64,000 bases of DNA from Psammoneis japonica (lineage: Eukaryota): the NCBI GenBank assembly GCA_008632985.1, contig QPGO01000042.1, positions 1 through 64,000 of the forward strand. Reading direction: 5' to 3'. This document shows, one piece after another, positions 25,315-36,456 of the stretch. Each line of letters begins with the position of its first letter. The stretch's first letter is position 1. Under the pieces are notes generated by a model, which did not search any database, was not told where the DNA came from, and saw only the letters and a program-made list of their open reading frames with translations. Position numbers and translations under genes: made by a program.

Positions 25315-28127
25315 GATCATCCTCATGATGCCAGGACACACTGGTGAGGAGAAACTTGACAGCAATCAACTGGGTGAGTGCCTCCTGCATCATGGCGCTG
25401 TCTCTCCATGCAGTGGGTCACAGTCAGCCCATTGTTCTTGGCACAGCATTTGGTGACTTTGTTGTGGCTCTGCTCATGGTCTTGTTTCATTGGTGTTCAA
25501 GGGTGACAAAGGCAGACAGTGGCAGCAACAACAGGCAAGAACAAATCCACCCACAGAGATGGAACCATTTGTCCAAAGTGGAAGGCAGTGCAGAGACAGG
25601 CTGCATCACAACAATGCACGACAGTGCTGTTTTCCTCATCTGTCAATTCAAAGCCGGCAGGAGGGTTGTTGAACAAGTCAATGGGAGCATGCTGACCTGC
25701 AAAAGACAGATGAACCAAAAAGCTGTGGTGAGTGGTGCAGAGAACATTTGGAGAAAAGAGGGAAAGGAAAATGGCATCAACTTCAATGCTGGGGTTGGAC
25801 CCCTCCATGGCATTTTCAATTTGTTGAATGCACCATCAAGGACACCAGGAAACAAGGTGCTGTTGGCCTTTGGCAGTGGAATGTGATTGATTTGTGTTCA
25901 AAGGTGGGGTGCAAAGGCATTTCATTCTTGATTCATTGAGTTGAGGGCTGAGGGGCCAACCTTTTCCCAAAACTTTTGATGAACTTTGGATTTGTTGAAT
26001 TTGTTGTCAGTTGTCAGACTTGTCCTTGTCATTTTTTGGGTGTTTTGGGAAGACAGCTCCCAAAACATCCTTGCTGCAAAGGGACATTTGGAGGTCACAC
26101 CAGCATTCAGGAGTGAGTGGAAACTCATGGTGTTTTCTGTCTCTTGTTTGGACAGAAAACCAAGAGAGAATGGAAGAGCACAACCTGGCTTCAAGTTGCT
26201 CACTTTCTTTGTAAGGTTGGTCTCCAAAGATGTCATTTCACTGGCATGAAAGGCTGTTTCTGAGTGCACTTTTCCTGCAGCTGCTTGCACATCTTTTGTT
26301 TTGGTTTTGCAAAGGCCATGCATCCACCAGCGAAACAACAGCCACGTTCTGCAATCATCACCAGATGGTTCTTTTGGGTTGATGCCACAGGTGGCGTGGT
26401 GCTCAGAGGCTCTGAGCAGCGTGGGAGTCTTGCAGGAAGGGACTTTTCATTGCGCTCCTTGAGAAAGTTGAGATCTTCTTGTTGATCTGCAGGGAAACAG
26501 TTGTCCGACATGACGCTGTCGGAGGTGTCAGCTTCTTCATTGATGGAGGCTGCAGCAGCTGTGGCAGATCCTGGGTCACTGGCCCATGGAGCAGCTTTGG
26601 ATGAAGAGCCTTGATGTCACCAAGGGCGCTTGTCCTGGAGCCTTGCCTGGGCTGCCTGGGAGGACCTTGACCTTGCGCTTGAGCACCGGGAGCACCACCT
26701 CCACCACAGCCACCTGCGGCACTGGTGCAACTGGTGCTGTTGCAGCCAGCACCTTGTGGGTTCTGCTTCTTCCCTTTTCTTGGCAGCACAACTGGTCAAT
26801 GAACACACCAAATGGCAAAAAATGTTGGTTGAGGTCCCAGAGCCAGAAGTGTGCAAGCACCAGTGTAAAAATTTCAATCTTGACAAGAACACATCAATGT
26901 GATGAAATCAAACTCCTTGTTGAAGCAACACATGATGTGTGACATTGATGACCAAATTGTTGATCAAAGTTGTTTCAAATCACTCAAACCATCAACATGA
27001 CACAAACATGGGTTTTTAAACAAAATTGTGTTGCTGAAAAAGAAACACTGATGGAAATTAACTGACAGACAGGCTCTTCATTTTGCCCAAAACACAAATT
27101 GTTGCTGCTCCACAAGACACAAAAATGCAAACACAAGTTGCATCCAACATTTGACAATGAGAGCAGTGGGGACAGGCAATGGCATTGCAGAGGGAATGGA
27201 GGAAAATGTGGGACACAAGGTGAGAAAGAGAAGACAAGTGGCGAGTGCACGGAGCTCTGGCAAATGATGCAAGTGACCAGCACTTGTGCAAATCTTTGCA
27301 CACAGACATCTGGACTCGCAAAATGGAGGATGGGCAGCAGGGAGGGCACAAAGGTGAGCAGCAACAGAGTGTGAGACAAGCTTGCAAGAAACACAAGACA
27401 TGCAAAAATCTGATCATGCACGAAGTTTTCTCTTGTTGCAGCAGGCAATGCTTTGGCCTGCCAAACATGAGGAATGCAATGCAAGACAGATCATTGCAGG
27501 ACGATGTCATTGCCTGGTGCAGATGATCATGGAGAGAGCAAGCACAGGATCATGGAGAGAGCAAGAGTGGGATCATGGAGAGAGTGAGAGTGGTTGCAAG
27601 GGAGGGCACAAGGACCAAAACAGGACACCCATCATGCAGGGACTGCAAAGGATGACAGGAACTGGTGCAATGCAGATGAAAAACAAGGGTGGGAAGAAAG
27701 AAGCATTTTTTGTGCTCAGCAGTGCAGAAATGACAAAACAGAACATTTGCAAATCAGACAACAAGCAGCACACAGCCAATGCACAATCAGGCTGACAAGA
27801 CAATTGAACTCCATCATTGTCAGAAATGAACAATGTCAGAAAGTGGTTGTGAACACATGGTTAAGACAGAAAAAACATGCAATTGACAAGTTTCGTTGAC
27901 TCTCATTTCCTGCTAAAACCAGTGTTAAAATGAGCAGATGTGAGAAATTGTTGAGAATGTGTGCATGATGAGACTGATTTACATTGCTGTTAAATCCCAC
28001 TTGGAAGGTTGAAGAAAATTGTTAAAATCCCTTTGTTGACAACAAGCACATGTTGAGAATGCAGGATTCTGAACAAGAGTGTGAGAATTCTGAACAAGAG
28101 CCACAACTTTTTCCAGACGTGACTGCA

Positions 28128-28312
28128 CAAAGTTTGGTGTGGCTCATCACTCTCAACTTCCTCAAGACAAAGGTGTGGGTCTTCACTTGTGTTGTCTGCA
28201 CCAACCATGTTCACGACATGCCTGACAAAGGGTGCTGCACTGTTTTTTCTGCCACACTGTGAGAGGCTTTGACCAAAGTTGATGCAGGCAAGAAATGAGC
28301 TGCACTGTTCAT
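28128..28312 (-). pseudogene. Displaced 5' end of the prolyl oligopeptidase pseudogene
   Basis: EDPHLCLEEVESDE resembles the conserved S9A N-terminal motif (E)DPY.WLE. Confidence 0.75.
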
Positions 28313-28349
28313 TGTGGTGCATTTAAGCACACAGTTATGAAGAGCCTGT

Positions 28350-29750
28350 AAAGAATGGAAGGGGACAGCAGAAGGAGGCACGGCAGTGGCTGCAGTGACG
28401 GTGGAGAGCAGAATGGAGCAAAAACGCTGGATGTGTGGTGTTTGGTCAAAGGGACAGGGGATGTGGGAGCAGGAAGGGTCAAAGTAAATCGGAGGGCATG
28501 CACAGAGAGGTGGAGGACCACATTGCAGCCAAGGGCTTGGAGAGCCCATTGAGACAGAGAGGCAGTGCAGTGAGTGTTGCCAAAGCGGTTGGAGGACAGA
28601 CAATGCCATGCCTGGTCAGCCAATGGGAGAAGAGCAGACGGGGAGGACGAGACGCAGAGAAAGGCGGAGCAGGAGGCATCAGAGCATTGAAAGTCAGAAG
28701 GAGAGGACCAAGGAGGCTTGGGTTGAGACCGGATGGAGAGGCGAGTGCAGAGCCAAAGGGAAGGCAGCAAGCAAAGAAACCAAGACTGCCCAGGCGATCA
28801 ACAGTGAAAGGGAGAAGGAAGATGCCGTCATTGTTGAGCAAAGCAACAACAAGGGAACCATCAGCAGTGGAGGTGGAAGGGCCAAGAAACTTCAGTCTCG
28901 CACTCGCATGGTGTGCCTCAGTTAATTTAGGGGAAGAGGGAGCAGCCAGACCAAGGGGAGGGCAAGAAGGAGCTTGAGGTGCATTGACATCAATCGTGAT
29001 GCAGTGATGGTGGGAAGGGGCCAAAAGCGAGGCAGGGAGAGGGGCAGACATGCCAACGTCGGCAGGGCGAAGGAGGGGCCGGGAGGGGGGAGCAAATTGA
29101 GGGGTTCAAGATGGACATCTGCAGAGGAGTGGCAGAGCTGAGCAAGAGGCCCCAAAGTTTGGGCCAGGATGAAAAGGGTGTCACAAAGGCCATTGGAGAG
29201 CTTGGATTTGTGAGCGCCTTGGCAAGAGAAGGCTTGATTGCCACAGGCGTCATGGGTGGCATGGCCGCAAGAGCAGGGTGTGTTGACCAGAGAGGGGGGA
29301 AGAATGGGGAGGCGGAGTTTACATTGGATGGCAATGATGCAGACATCAGAAGAGAGGCAGGAGCTTTGAGAGCGATGGGAGAAGGAGTGGAGAGGTGGAC
29401 TGGCAAGGGGAGACAGCAACGAAGGCAAGGAGACTTGCACATCAGAGGGAGCATCAGCAAGGGTGGAGGCAACAAGCTGTTGTTGATGGTCATGACATGG
29501 CCAATGAGCCAAGCCAGGAAGAGTGGTGCAGATTTGACCAGCGCAGCTGGGGAGGCGGGAGAAAGGGTGGAAGCGGAGTCAAGGATCGGAGCACAGCGGC
29601 GGGTCAAAGCCGTTGCAGCCACCCAGAGTGCTCCCAACTTTCACAGGATGCGTTCCACTTGAATGTTTCACGAACTGCCTTTGCCCACAGCCTTGAAACC
29701 GCAGACGCGCATTGAAAATGAGACACAGCATAATCAGTGCACTCTGCCTC
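28350..29750 (-). mobile_element. 5'-truncated non-LTR retrotransposon remnant with a zinc knuckle and restriction-like endonuclease (CRE-like)
   Basis: Fragments include PCSCG...G(H)AFSC, RPADVG, ITIDV and LLPFTVDRLGSLG. The sequence is frameshifted and the boundaries are approximate. Confidence 0.65.
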
Positions 29751-30139
29751 TTCTGTTTCTCGTGCCACGGAGTGTTTTGGTCGCGGATTACGTCGACATG
29801 GTGGCGGTTTGAGTGCCGGCAAGTGCAGCACTAAGAATCGCACGTCTGACCGTTCAGTCGTGCGTTCCTCGCTGTTGGCTAAATTTTGTCAATGGTAGGT
29901 CTAGTAAAACGGCATCTATGAAGAATCTATCTAGGTGACGGAATTAGCGTGCCGAATGTGAAGAAGTCGCTTTAAATTTAATACAGTAAATGCAACCACA
30001 TAGTCAACAATAGTTTACACGACACTTTCAGCTTTGCGAAGCTTGTAGAACGCGCACGGACCATTATCGACCAAGCCTTTCGCAACGCGAAATAGAGAGA
30101 AGCTTTCCATGAAACCCTTAGGAATCTGAAGGAATGAAG

Positions 30140-30940
30140 TTAAGACTTAGGCGCATTTCGTTGCGTTGGTGACAGTCGAAAAGCTGGTGAAATGTCCGCA
30201 GGGTCAGTCACGTTGCGTTGAGCTTTTGCAGCGTTACCCCACCATTCCAACTGCGAAAAGCAACGATCCGCATAACTGTCCCACTTATCTTTGTTGTCTT
30301 CACCCCCTTGCACGCTTCCATCCTCCTCAAACACGTCTTGCGCAAAAGGAACATGAATCATAGCTGAAACTGGCAAGCATCCTAATTCGGAAAGGATGGG
30401 TCGTAGAGCAGAAGCAGCTCGCGTACCACCCCACTGGCCAGCCGAGTACGTTACGATTGCAGAAGGCTTAAAGCCAAAGATGGAAGATCCGAAATGATTC
30501 AACACGTTAAGAAGTCCCGGAGAAGGTGCATGGTTGTACTCAGGGGAAATTGCAACGTAGGCATCAGAAGATTGAAGCAACGCGTGAAGACGATCCAATT
30601 CGGGAGGGACCTTGCTTCGTGCATAGGCAAAATGAGGCTTTTGCAACAGAGGGAGATTTATTTGTCGTGCATCCAGTACGGTGACCTCATGTCCACGCTG
30701 CTCTAACGAAGACTTCACAAACTCATGCACTCGTGGGCCCAGAATTTTGGGTGGGCCGTCGGTGCGGGTTGTGCCCGTAATAACAGCAATATTTAGAGCA
30801 TGAGAGGAACGACAAAAAAGGGCAACAGCTAGTGCCTTTCTAGTACGGCGACTTTTATTCCCCATCGCCCGATGACGAAACATTGTGCAGAGACGGTGGG
30901 ACACGGCGCCAAAAAATGCTTTGCGCTGTGTCAAAATCAA
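30140..30940 (-). CDS. NADPH-dependent FMN reductase (flavodoxin-like fold)
   Basis: IAVITGTTR, SPEYNHAPSPGLLN and YSAGQWGG motifs. The start is uncertain (possibly 30883 or 30865). Confidence 0.88.
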   Translation of the reverse strand: MILTQRKAFFGAVSHRLCTMFRHRAMGNKSRRTRKALAVALFCRSSHALNIAVITGTTRTDGPPKILGPRVHEFVKSSLEQRGHEVTVLDARQINLPLLQKPHFAYARSKVPPELDRLHALLQSSDAYVAISPEYNHAPSPGLLNVLNHFGSSIFGFKPSAIVTYSAGQWGGTRAASALRPILSELGCLPVSAMIHVPFAQDVFEEDGSVQGGEDNKDKWDSYADRCFSQLEWWGNAAKAQRNVTDPADISPAFRLSPTQRNAPKS

Positions 30941-31280
30941 GAGAACCCGGACGTTGAGAAAGCTTACTTCCGCAAGATAGACCTCTACTCTAGACTCTAG
31001 AGTAGTAGCTACTACTAGCTAGCTAGAGTAGCTACTCTAGAGTAGAGAGTACTTCTAGCTAGCTCTCTAGAGAGTAGTAGTAGCTACCATAGAGCCTACT
31101 CTAGCTAGTAGTAGTAGAGCTCTATGGTAGCTCTACTCTACATATACCGTAGTAGAGCCCCCTCTCTAGCTATTAGAGTGGGTACCGTACTGCAGCTCAG
31201 CTGGAAGTAGCTGCTAGAGAGTGACTGTGTGCAAGAGCTTTTCTGAAAATAGTGCCACAGGTCGGAATAGAGTTCTCGAT

Positions 31281-32426
31281 TCATCTGTATGTTGAACATT
31301 CTGGCGCACAGCATGGATTGATACATCCTCGATCTTTCCCATTTTGAAAGTAGTTCTCCAATAACCCTTCACGTTCTGGCGAGAGCTCGTTAGGAAGTGT
31401 CCCACCTCTGTCGAAACCTTCAGCGATTTCGTAGAGAGCGTCATCGAGACTGGACATCAGAGGATCCCAATCAGACTTTGAGTGTTGACCTGTATTTTGT
31501 TTCGCCGCATTTTTCTTTTTTATCGTTGCAGGCAGGGTTAAATTGAATTGATCTGCAAATTTGTTCAAGGACGCGTCAAATTTTTCCAGGAATAGAATAG
31601 CCGAGAAACGTCGAAGCCTGCCCAGCGTGTATGAAAAGTCCTCTCTCGAGAGCTGAAATTTTGGTATTTGTGAACAACGAAAGCCACATATCATTCGCGT
31701 GTTCCAGTTATCTGGCTGTTTGCTATACCAATCGCGAAAGGTGTCGTCTCTTTTAGATCCTTTACCTATTGTTCTCATTCCTGCTGTTCGGGGTAGGGTT
31801 CTCATGACATGGCCATAATGAGAAAAGTACCGATCACGAGAGTTTCTTAGAGTCACCGTATAAAAGTAGCTTTCTGTGTCCATCGCTTCATACATCTCTT
31901 GCTCACTTGCAACAAAGTCAAATTTCGTAATATTTGCAAACGATCTTTGTGCTTCGATTGTATCATCACCTCCGCAACAGCGTTGGTCCCGCTGGACGTT
32001 GCAGTTCTTTTTAAAATTAGCACTTATCCCAGCATAGTTCATCAAAACACACATTTGTGTTCCACCCGACTTGTGAATATGTAGATAATAAATAACCTTT
32101 TCTGTAGCCCTTGTTCTCTTCAATCCACGTGAATCCAACCGGGGTGGTCTTCTCCACGCCCGACCGGCACGACGCATGGAAATCTCCCGAGGCTCGTTGT
32201 CTTGCAGAGAGAATCTAGGAGGCCGACGAGCGTTCTCCCGAGGCTCGTTGTCTTGCAGAAAGAATCTAGGAGGCTTGCTTATCGGCTTGTTTATTGGCTT
32301 GACTATTGCCGTGTCCTCCCTGTCCTGTAGAAAGTCAACGATCGCCATCAACTCCTGAGTTTGTTGTGTGATAGAATACAATCCAAGAGCCGGAAGAATC
32401 AGCAAGCACACAGTAAAACTCCGCAT
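31281..32426 (-). CDS. Type II membrane sulfotransferase-like protein
   Basis: It has an N-terminal anchor, a 5'-PSB motif (YLHIHKSGGT) and a 3'-PB-like motif (LRNSRDRYFS). A 51-bp stem duplication lies at 32183/32234. Confidence 0.75.
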   Translation of the reverse strand: MRSFTVCLLILPALGLYSITQQTQELMAIVDFLQDREDTAIVKPINKPISKPPRFFLQDNEPRENARRPPRFSLQDNEPREISMRRAGRAWRRPPRLDSRGLKRTRATEKVIYYLHIHKSGGTQMCVLMNYAGISANFKKNCNVQRDQRCCGGDDTIEAQRSFANITKFDFVASEQEMYEAMDTESYFYTVTLRNSRDRYFSHYGHVMRTLPRTAGMRTIGKGSKRDDTFRDWYSKQPDNWNTRMICGFRCSQIPKFQLSREDFSYTLGRLRRFSAILFLEKFDASLNKFADQFNLTLPATIKKKNAAKQNTGQHSKSDWDPLMSSLDDALYEIAEGFDRGGTLPNELSPEREGLLENYFQNGKDRGCINPCCAPECSTYR

Positions 32427-33101
32427 TGTCCGACAGCCGAATTTTAGTTTCCAAACAGTTATAAAAGACGAAGCAACTCATTCAATCGACAAAAGCAACA
32501 ATGTGCTCTTTCACAAAAACAGGCTGTTGTAAAAGGCCAGAACTGGGAACAGGTTTTGTACTTCTACGATCAAAACCTTGTCGAACCAGGGAGGACTACA
32601 CAAACCCAGCAGGCATAAAAGGCTTCTTTTTACCAAGACCTTGTCCAACAACAGAGAACTCTGTAGACGCAACAAAAGCCGAGCGTTTCACAGAGATCTG
32701 CGCCATGGCCGGCGGCGAATAATCATCCCAGAATGGCCAATGCGCTTCAGAATACCGGTACGACGAGCAGACGATCTTTTTTTTTTTTAAAGAGTTAGTA
32801 CGGATGCATGGACAGAAGATCGACGATTTTGACGCGCACCGCACCGCCCGCCCCCCGCCCGCGTCCATTCAAAATCACACGGTGATGAGGACCGCGAACC
32901 GCAAACCGCGATGACACAAAGAACGAACCAACAACCGCAACGAAATCAAACAAACAGGCAACAGACAAAAGGCTGCTTCTCATAGCAAACGACAAACGGA
33001 CGAGGGGCATAAGAGAACTTGCTTGGAACTCGTAGACAACCGTCCAATCACCAAAGAACAGAGCACGGATACGTTATCTTGGTTGAAGCACACAACTCAT
33101 C

Positions 33102-33791
33102 ATGAATGACTTGGATACAGCCGATGACTGGATCTCGGCGCTTGCAAAGCAGGCAACAAGTGGTCCTGAAGCTGCTGGCGTTGCTTCAAAGCAGGAGAGG
33201 ATTGAGAGGCGAAAAGCCAAGAAACGAAGGAGGCAGCAAGCTCGAAACGTTGGCTCTGATGCCTCCAGCGGCTTGAGGAAAAGTGCTGACAGTGATGGTG
33301 TAATTGACGCAAAGCGGAGTATGAGCAGACGCAGCGAGTTTTATCTCCAAAAGTTGGATGCTCAAATTGAAAGCGTTGTCACACATGAAAGACAGCAAGG
33401 GCAGGAATTCAGCCGAAAACGAAGATTATACCAAAGTCCCGACTCGTTGAAACGTGGAAAAGCTACATCGGAAACGAACAAATGGAGCGAGGAAACGATT
33501 CAGCCGCGGAAAAGAGATTACGGTGGATTGGGTATCGCCCGTCCAAGCATGTATTTGCCCTTGCAAGATGTTTCATTTGTTCCAAAGTTCGAGGAAGAGT
33601 TCGCACAACACATTCCTGGATTTTTTGGAAAGCAGCGCACAAAGGCCATGAAAAGGCAGCTGGATGGGAACATGCTTTGGCGTAGAATGGCGGAAAAGAA
33701 AACAAACAGCATCAAGGTAGACGGGAAGAAGCTCTCGGAAATGACTCCTGACCAGCGAGTAGACGCCATGATTAAGGCCGGCATGTTGTGA
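33102..33791 (+). CDS. Hypothetical basic protein
   Basis: 229-aa ATG-initiated ORF with plausible composition. I did not recognise a domain. Confidence 0.7.
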   Translation: MNDLDTADDWISALAKQATSGPEAAGVASKQERIERRKAKKRRRQQARNVGSDASSGLRKSADSDGVIDAKRSMSRRSEFYLQKLDAQIESVVTHERQQGQEFSRKRRLYQSPDSLKRGKATSETNKWSEETIQPRKRDYGGLGIARPSMYLPLQDVSFVPKFEEEFAQHIPGFFGKQRTKAMKRQLDGNMLWRRMAEKKTNSIKVDGKKLSEMTPDQRVDAMIKAGML

Positions 33792-34199
33792 GCGAGCATT
33801 AGAAATCCAGAGCTTGACGAGGCGACCCTGGACATTGAATATCATCTAGAGATTGAACACAAGGCAAGAAGGTGAAACGGCATATCAGGTCTCTTCAGGT
33901 GCTATATGTAAGGTTCGTGATCGGAGCTCTCGAGATGGAGTAGGGCCCTAGGGCTACCGGTATCACTACTATCCTTCGCGGCGTTGGCGAGTCTTCCCAA
34001 ATTTGACGAAAATTGACTTTTTTCGTTTTTACATTTTTGATTCTCAAATAGATCATTGGAAACCTACGAGTACGTAGACATAATATTTCATTCTGCCACG
34101 TCTGTCACACGTCAGATGAAAGAAGCACCAAAATCGCAAATCGCTCGCAGGCCGCAGTGTCCCTACCCCCTACCGGTATGGTACTTCTTCAATGGTAAC

Positions 34200-34805
34200 A
34201 TGGTCAATCGCTCTCCATACGGACTCTTTGTGATCGCATTGAGTGTTCTCTTCGCATTGAACGCTGTTTCTGAGGCTTTTGTTCCTGGATTGACAGTTTC
34301 AGCAATGAAACAGGACGGGGCGCAAAGAAAACTTTTCTCGAAGAACGACAATACCGTTGAAGCAGATGTCTCAGACAAGGTGGAACGCAAAACTATGAAC
34401 CCTTTCCGACTCGCTGTACTCAGGCTAGGCCTTACGGAACCTGCGTGGACGTCCTCATTTAATTATCAGAAAAAGGAAGGACTCTTTAGATGCGCTTACT
34501 GCGGCCAGGAGCTCTTTGACTCAAGCGCCAAATATGATTCAGGAAGTGGATGGCCGTCATTCTGGAGAACGAAAGAAGAAGGCGTCATCGTTCTGACTAG
34601 GGAATGGGATGGTCGAGTGGAATGCACATGCTCTAAATGTAAGAGTCATCTAGGTCACGTTTTTCTGGACGGACCAAGACCTAGCGAGGTTTCGAAGGAA
34701 TTGTTCGAAACGATACCAACATCGGATCCCAAAGGGATGAAAAGTTCGAATTTACCACGCTTTTGCATGAATGGCGCAGCGCTCACGTTTAGTAAACACA
34801 AGTAG
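34200..34805 (+). CDS. msrB: Methionine-R-sulfoxide reductase B, probably plastid-targeted
   Basis: CAYC and CSKC zinc ligands, KYDSGSGWPSF, HLGHVF and RFCMNG motifs. The signal peptide ends SEA|FVP. Confidence 0.93.
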   Translation: MVNRSPYGLFVIALSVLFALNAVSEAFVPGLTVSAMKQDGAQRKLFSKNDNTVEADVSDKVERKTMNPFRLAVLRLGLTEPAWTSSFNYQKKEGLFRCAYCGQELFDSSAKYDSGSGWPSFWRTKEEGVIVLTREWDGRVECTCSKCKSHLGHVFLDGPRPSEVSKELFETIPTSDPKGMKSSNLPRFCMNGAALTFSKHK

Positions 34806-34863
34806 TCCTATGTATGGATGAGAAAAAAATTCGCAGCATTGAACATGGATTACGTGTAGTCCA

Positions 34864-35808
34864 CTATTCCAAACCAGGCAAAGCTTGCTTCCTCATCAAT
34901 TCGGTTTTTTGAGCATCTGTCATTGTGTCTTTGATTAATTTGCCTGTGGAAGCAGCAGCAGCAGCCTTCGCCCGGTCATCATCCCAGACATCTTCACCTA
35001 TACCTAGTTTCGGATTGGAGAGAAACTCATTCTGAGCATCCTCACTCTTATACACACAACTCAACTGAGGTTGGTTCTTGAGGTCACCTACAAAGGCCCA
35101 CGTGTTCATGTTTGCCTTGCAGGCTCGCACTTCATTGTCGGTGATAAGTTTCTTGTCTCTCAACACTGGTACAACATTTGAAGGCCTTAACACACACGCA
35201 GGCTTTACGTCTGCTTGGGCGACATAAACGTTGAAGGGGTTGAATGAAACAAACACCCTCTGATCAAATGCCATAGCCGAAGCTCCCAACGAAGCGCACA
35301 GATTCGGATTGGGTGCCAATTTATCGACAATATCTCTCGAGGACAAATCTTTCGGGCTTGTGTTGATTGCGCTGTCCACAGTGACACCAAGGCCGATGCC
35401 CAGGATGAAAACCCCAGCAAGGAGGGCTTTAGAAACAGCATCTGGAAGCCGCCACCCCGATCGGCGTCCAAACGGAGAAGGCAAGTTCATTTCACCTCCG
35501 AATCCATCACTCTCACCCAAGTCATCTCGTCTTCTCCTTTGACGACGTGGAGGCTCGTAGTCGTCTTCATCGTCGAAATAGTACGCATCGTCGTCTTCGA
35601 AATACTCGTCCTCATCGAGATAAGACTTTTTCCTTGCAAAGTTGTTCGTCCACGGATGTCTCGTTCTATGCGTCAAAGTGGCGCCCGTAACTTTGTTCTG
35701 AACCAAAGTGAAATGTGGAACAGCGAATGCATCGGTGTGCACAAGCATGAATGCCGGTAGTACCAAAAGAGCCGTGATAACGGTTGCGTTGAGACGCAAA
35801 CACTCCAT
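34864..35808 (-). CDS. DUF3172-like protein (cyanobacteria/plastid type)
   Basis: Presequence TDA|FAVP, followed by LAGVFILGIGLG, CASLGASA, FNPFNVYV and CKANMNTWAFVGDL. Confidence 0.75.
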   Translation of the reverse strand: MECLRLNATVITALLVLPAFMLVHTDAFAVPHFTLVQNKVTGATLTHRTRHPWTNNFARKKSYLDEDEYFEDDDAYYFDDEDDYEPPRRQRRRRDDLGESDGFGGEMNLPSPFGRRSGWRLPDAVSKALLAGVFILGIGLGVTVDSAINTSPKDLSSRDIVDKLAPNPNLCASLGASAMAFDQRVFVSFNPFNVYVAQADVKPACVLRPSNVVPVLRDKKLITDNEVRACKANMNTWAFVGDLKNQPQLSCVYKSEDAQNEFLSNPKLGIGEDVWDDDRAKAAAAASTGKLIKDTMTDAQKTELMRKQALPGLE

Positions 35809-36456
35809 CTTGCCCACTCTATCTTGCAAACTTTTGAAGACAATGGCCGTCACTGATAAGAGGTTTTTCTTATGCAGCTCTATTACTGGTAGGTCTAGAG
35901 TCTTGCCGAACCTGCAAATCTCGACCAAAACAAGCCATTAGATACGGTAGACTACCGAACTGCGTCTTCAGTCTTTTGTGATCGGATGTTGATGGTTGAT
36001 GTATTGTCGCGCAGATCCAGCTGGACGGAAAGCGAAATAAAGGCTCATTACCTCGCCGCCTGACCGTGCCCGGAAGAAGATTAGACATTACTGTAGACTC
36101 CTCTCTTGGATGGAATGGTCGAAGACTCTAGCTAGAGAGAGAGGGTGAGAATGAGGGCTGTATTTGCTTTTTAGTTTACTCGCCTCTGCAGCGTTGCATC
36201 TTGCTTTTCATTGCACGAAAGACTTTTTCTCTCGAGAAAAGGGCCCTACTAGAATACCGGATCATAATCATGGCTGGACTTTCACTTCTCGCCCTGTGTG
36301 TCGATCTGAACCGCTACTCATTTATCTCGGAAAAGTATCAAAACTCCAACTAGCACGATACCATCGCTGAACAAAATTACGTCACACAGATGTTTCTCCC
36401 CGTCCTTAAGCGGGAGCTATGCGTCACACTTAAATCATCCCGAAAGAGGTGTGACA

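Larger units (their letters stand above)
18947..28127 (+). mobile_element. ~9.2 kb degenerate DNA transposon, Plavaka/CMC-like
   Basis: It is flanked by CAA at 18944-18946 and 28128-28130. Removing it restores an in-frame peptidase N-terminus. It contains transposase-like remnants and short subterminal repeats (attctgaacaagag x2 at ~28066-28100). Confidence 0.7.

Noticed and set aside
15640..29750. Classical fungal RIP or simple CpG decay as the full explanation
   Set aside because: RIP enriches TpA, and CpG decay does not remove it.
15601..29843. Dozens of overlapping Cys/His-rich ORFs as real genes or an alternative genetic code
   Set aside because: They are a by-product of TA loss, which removes TAA/TAG stops and Tyr codons. 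The recognisable motifs are frameshifted remnants.
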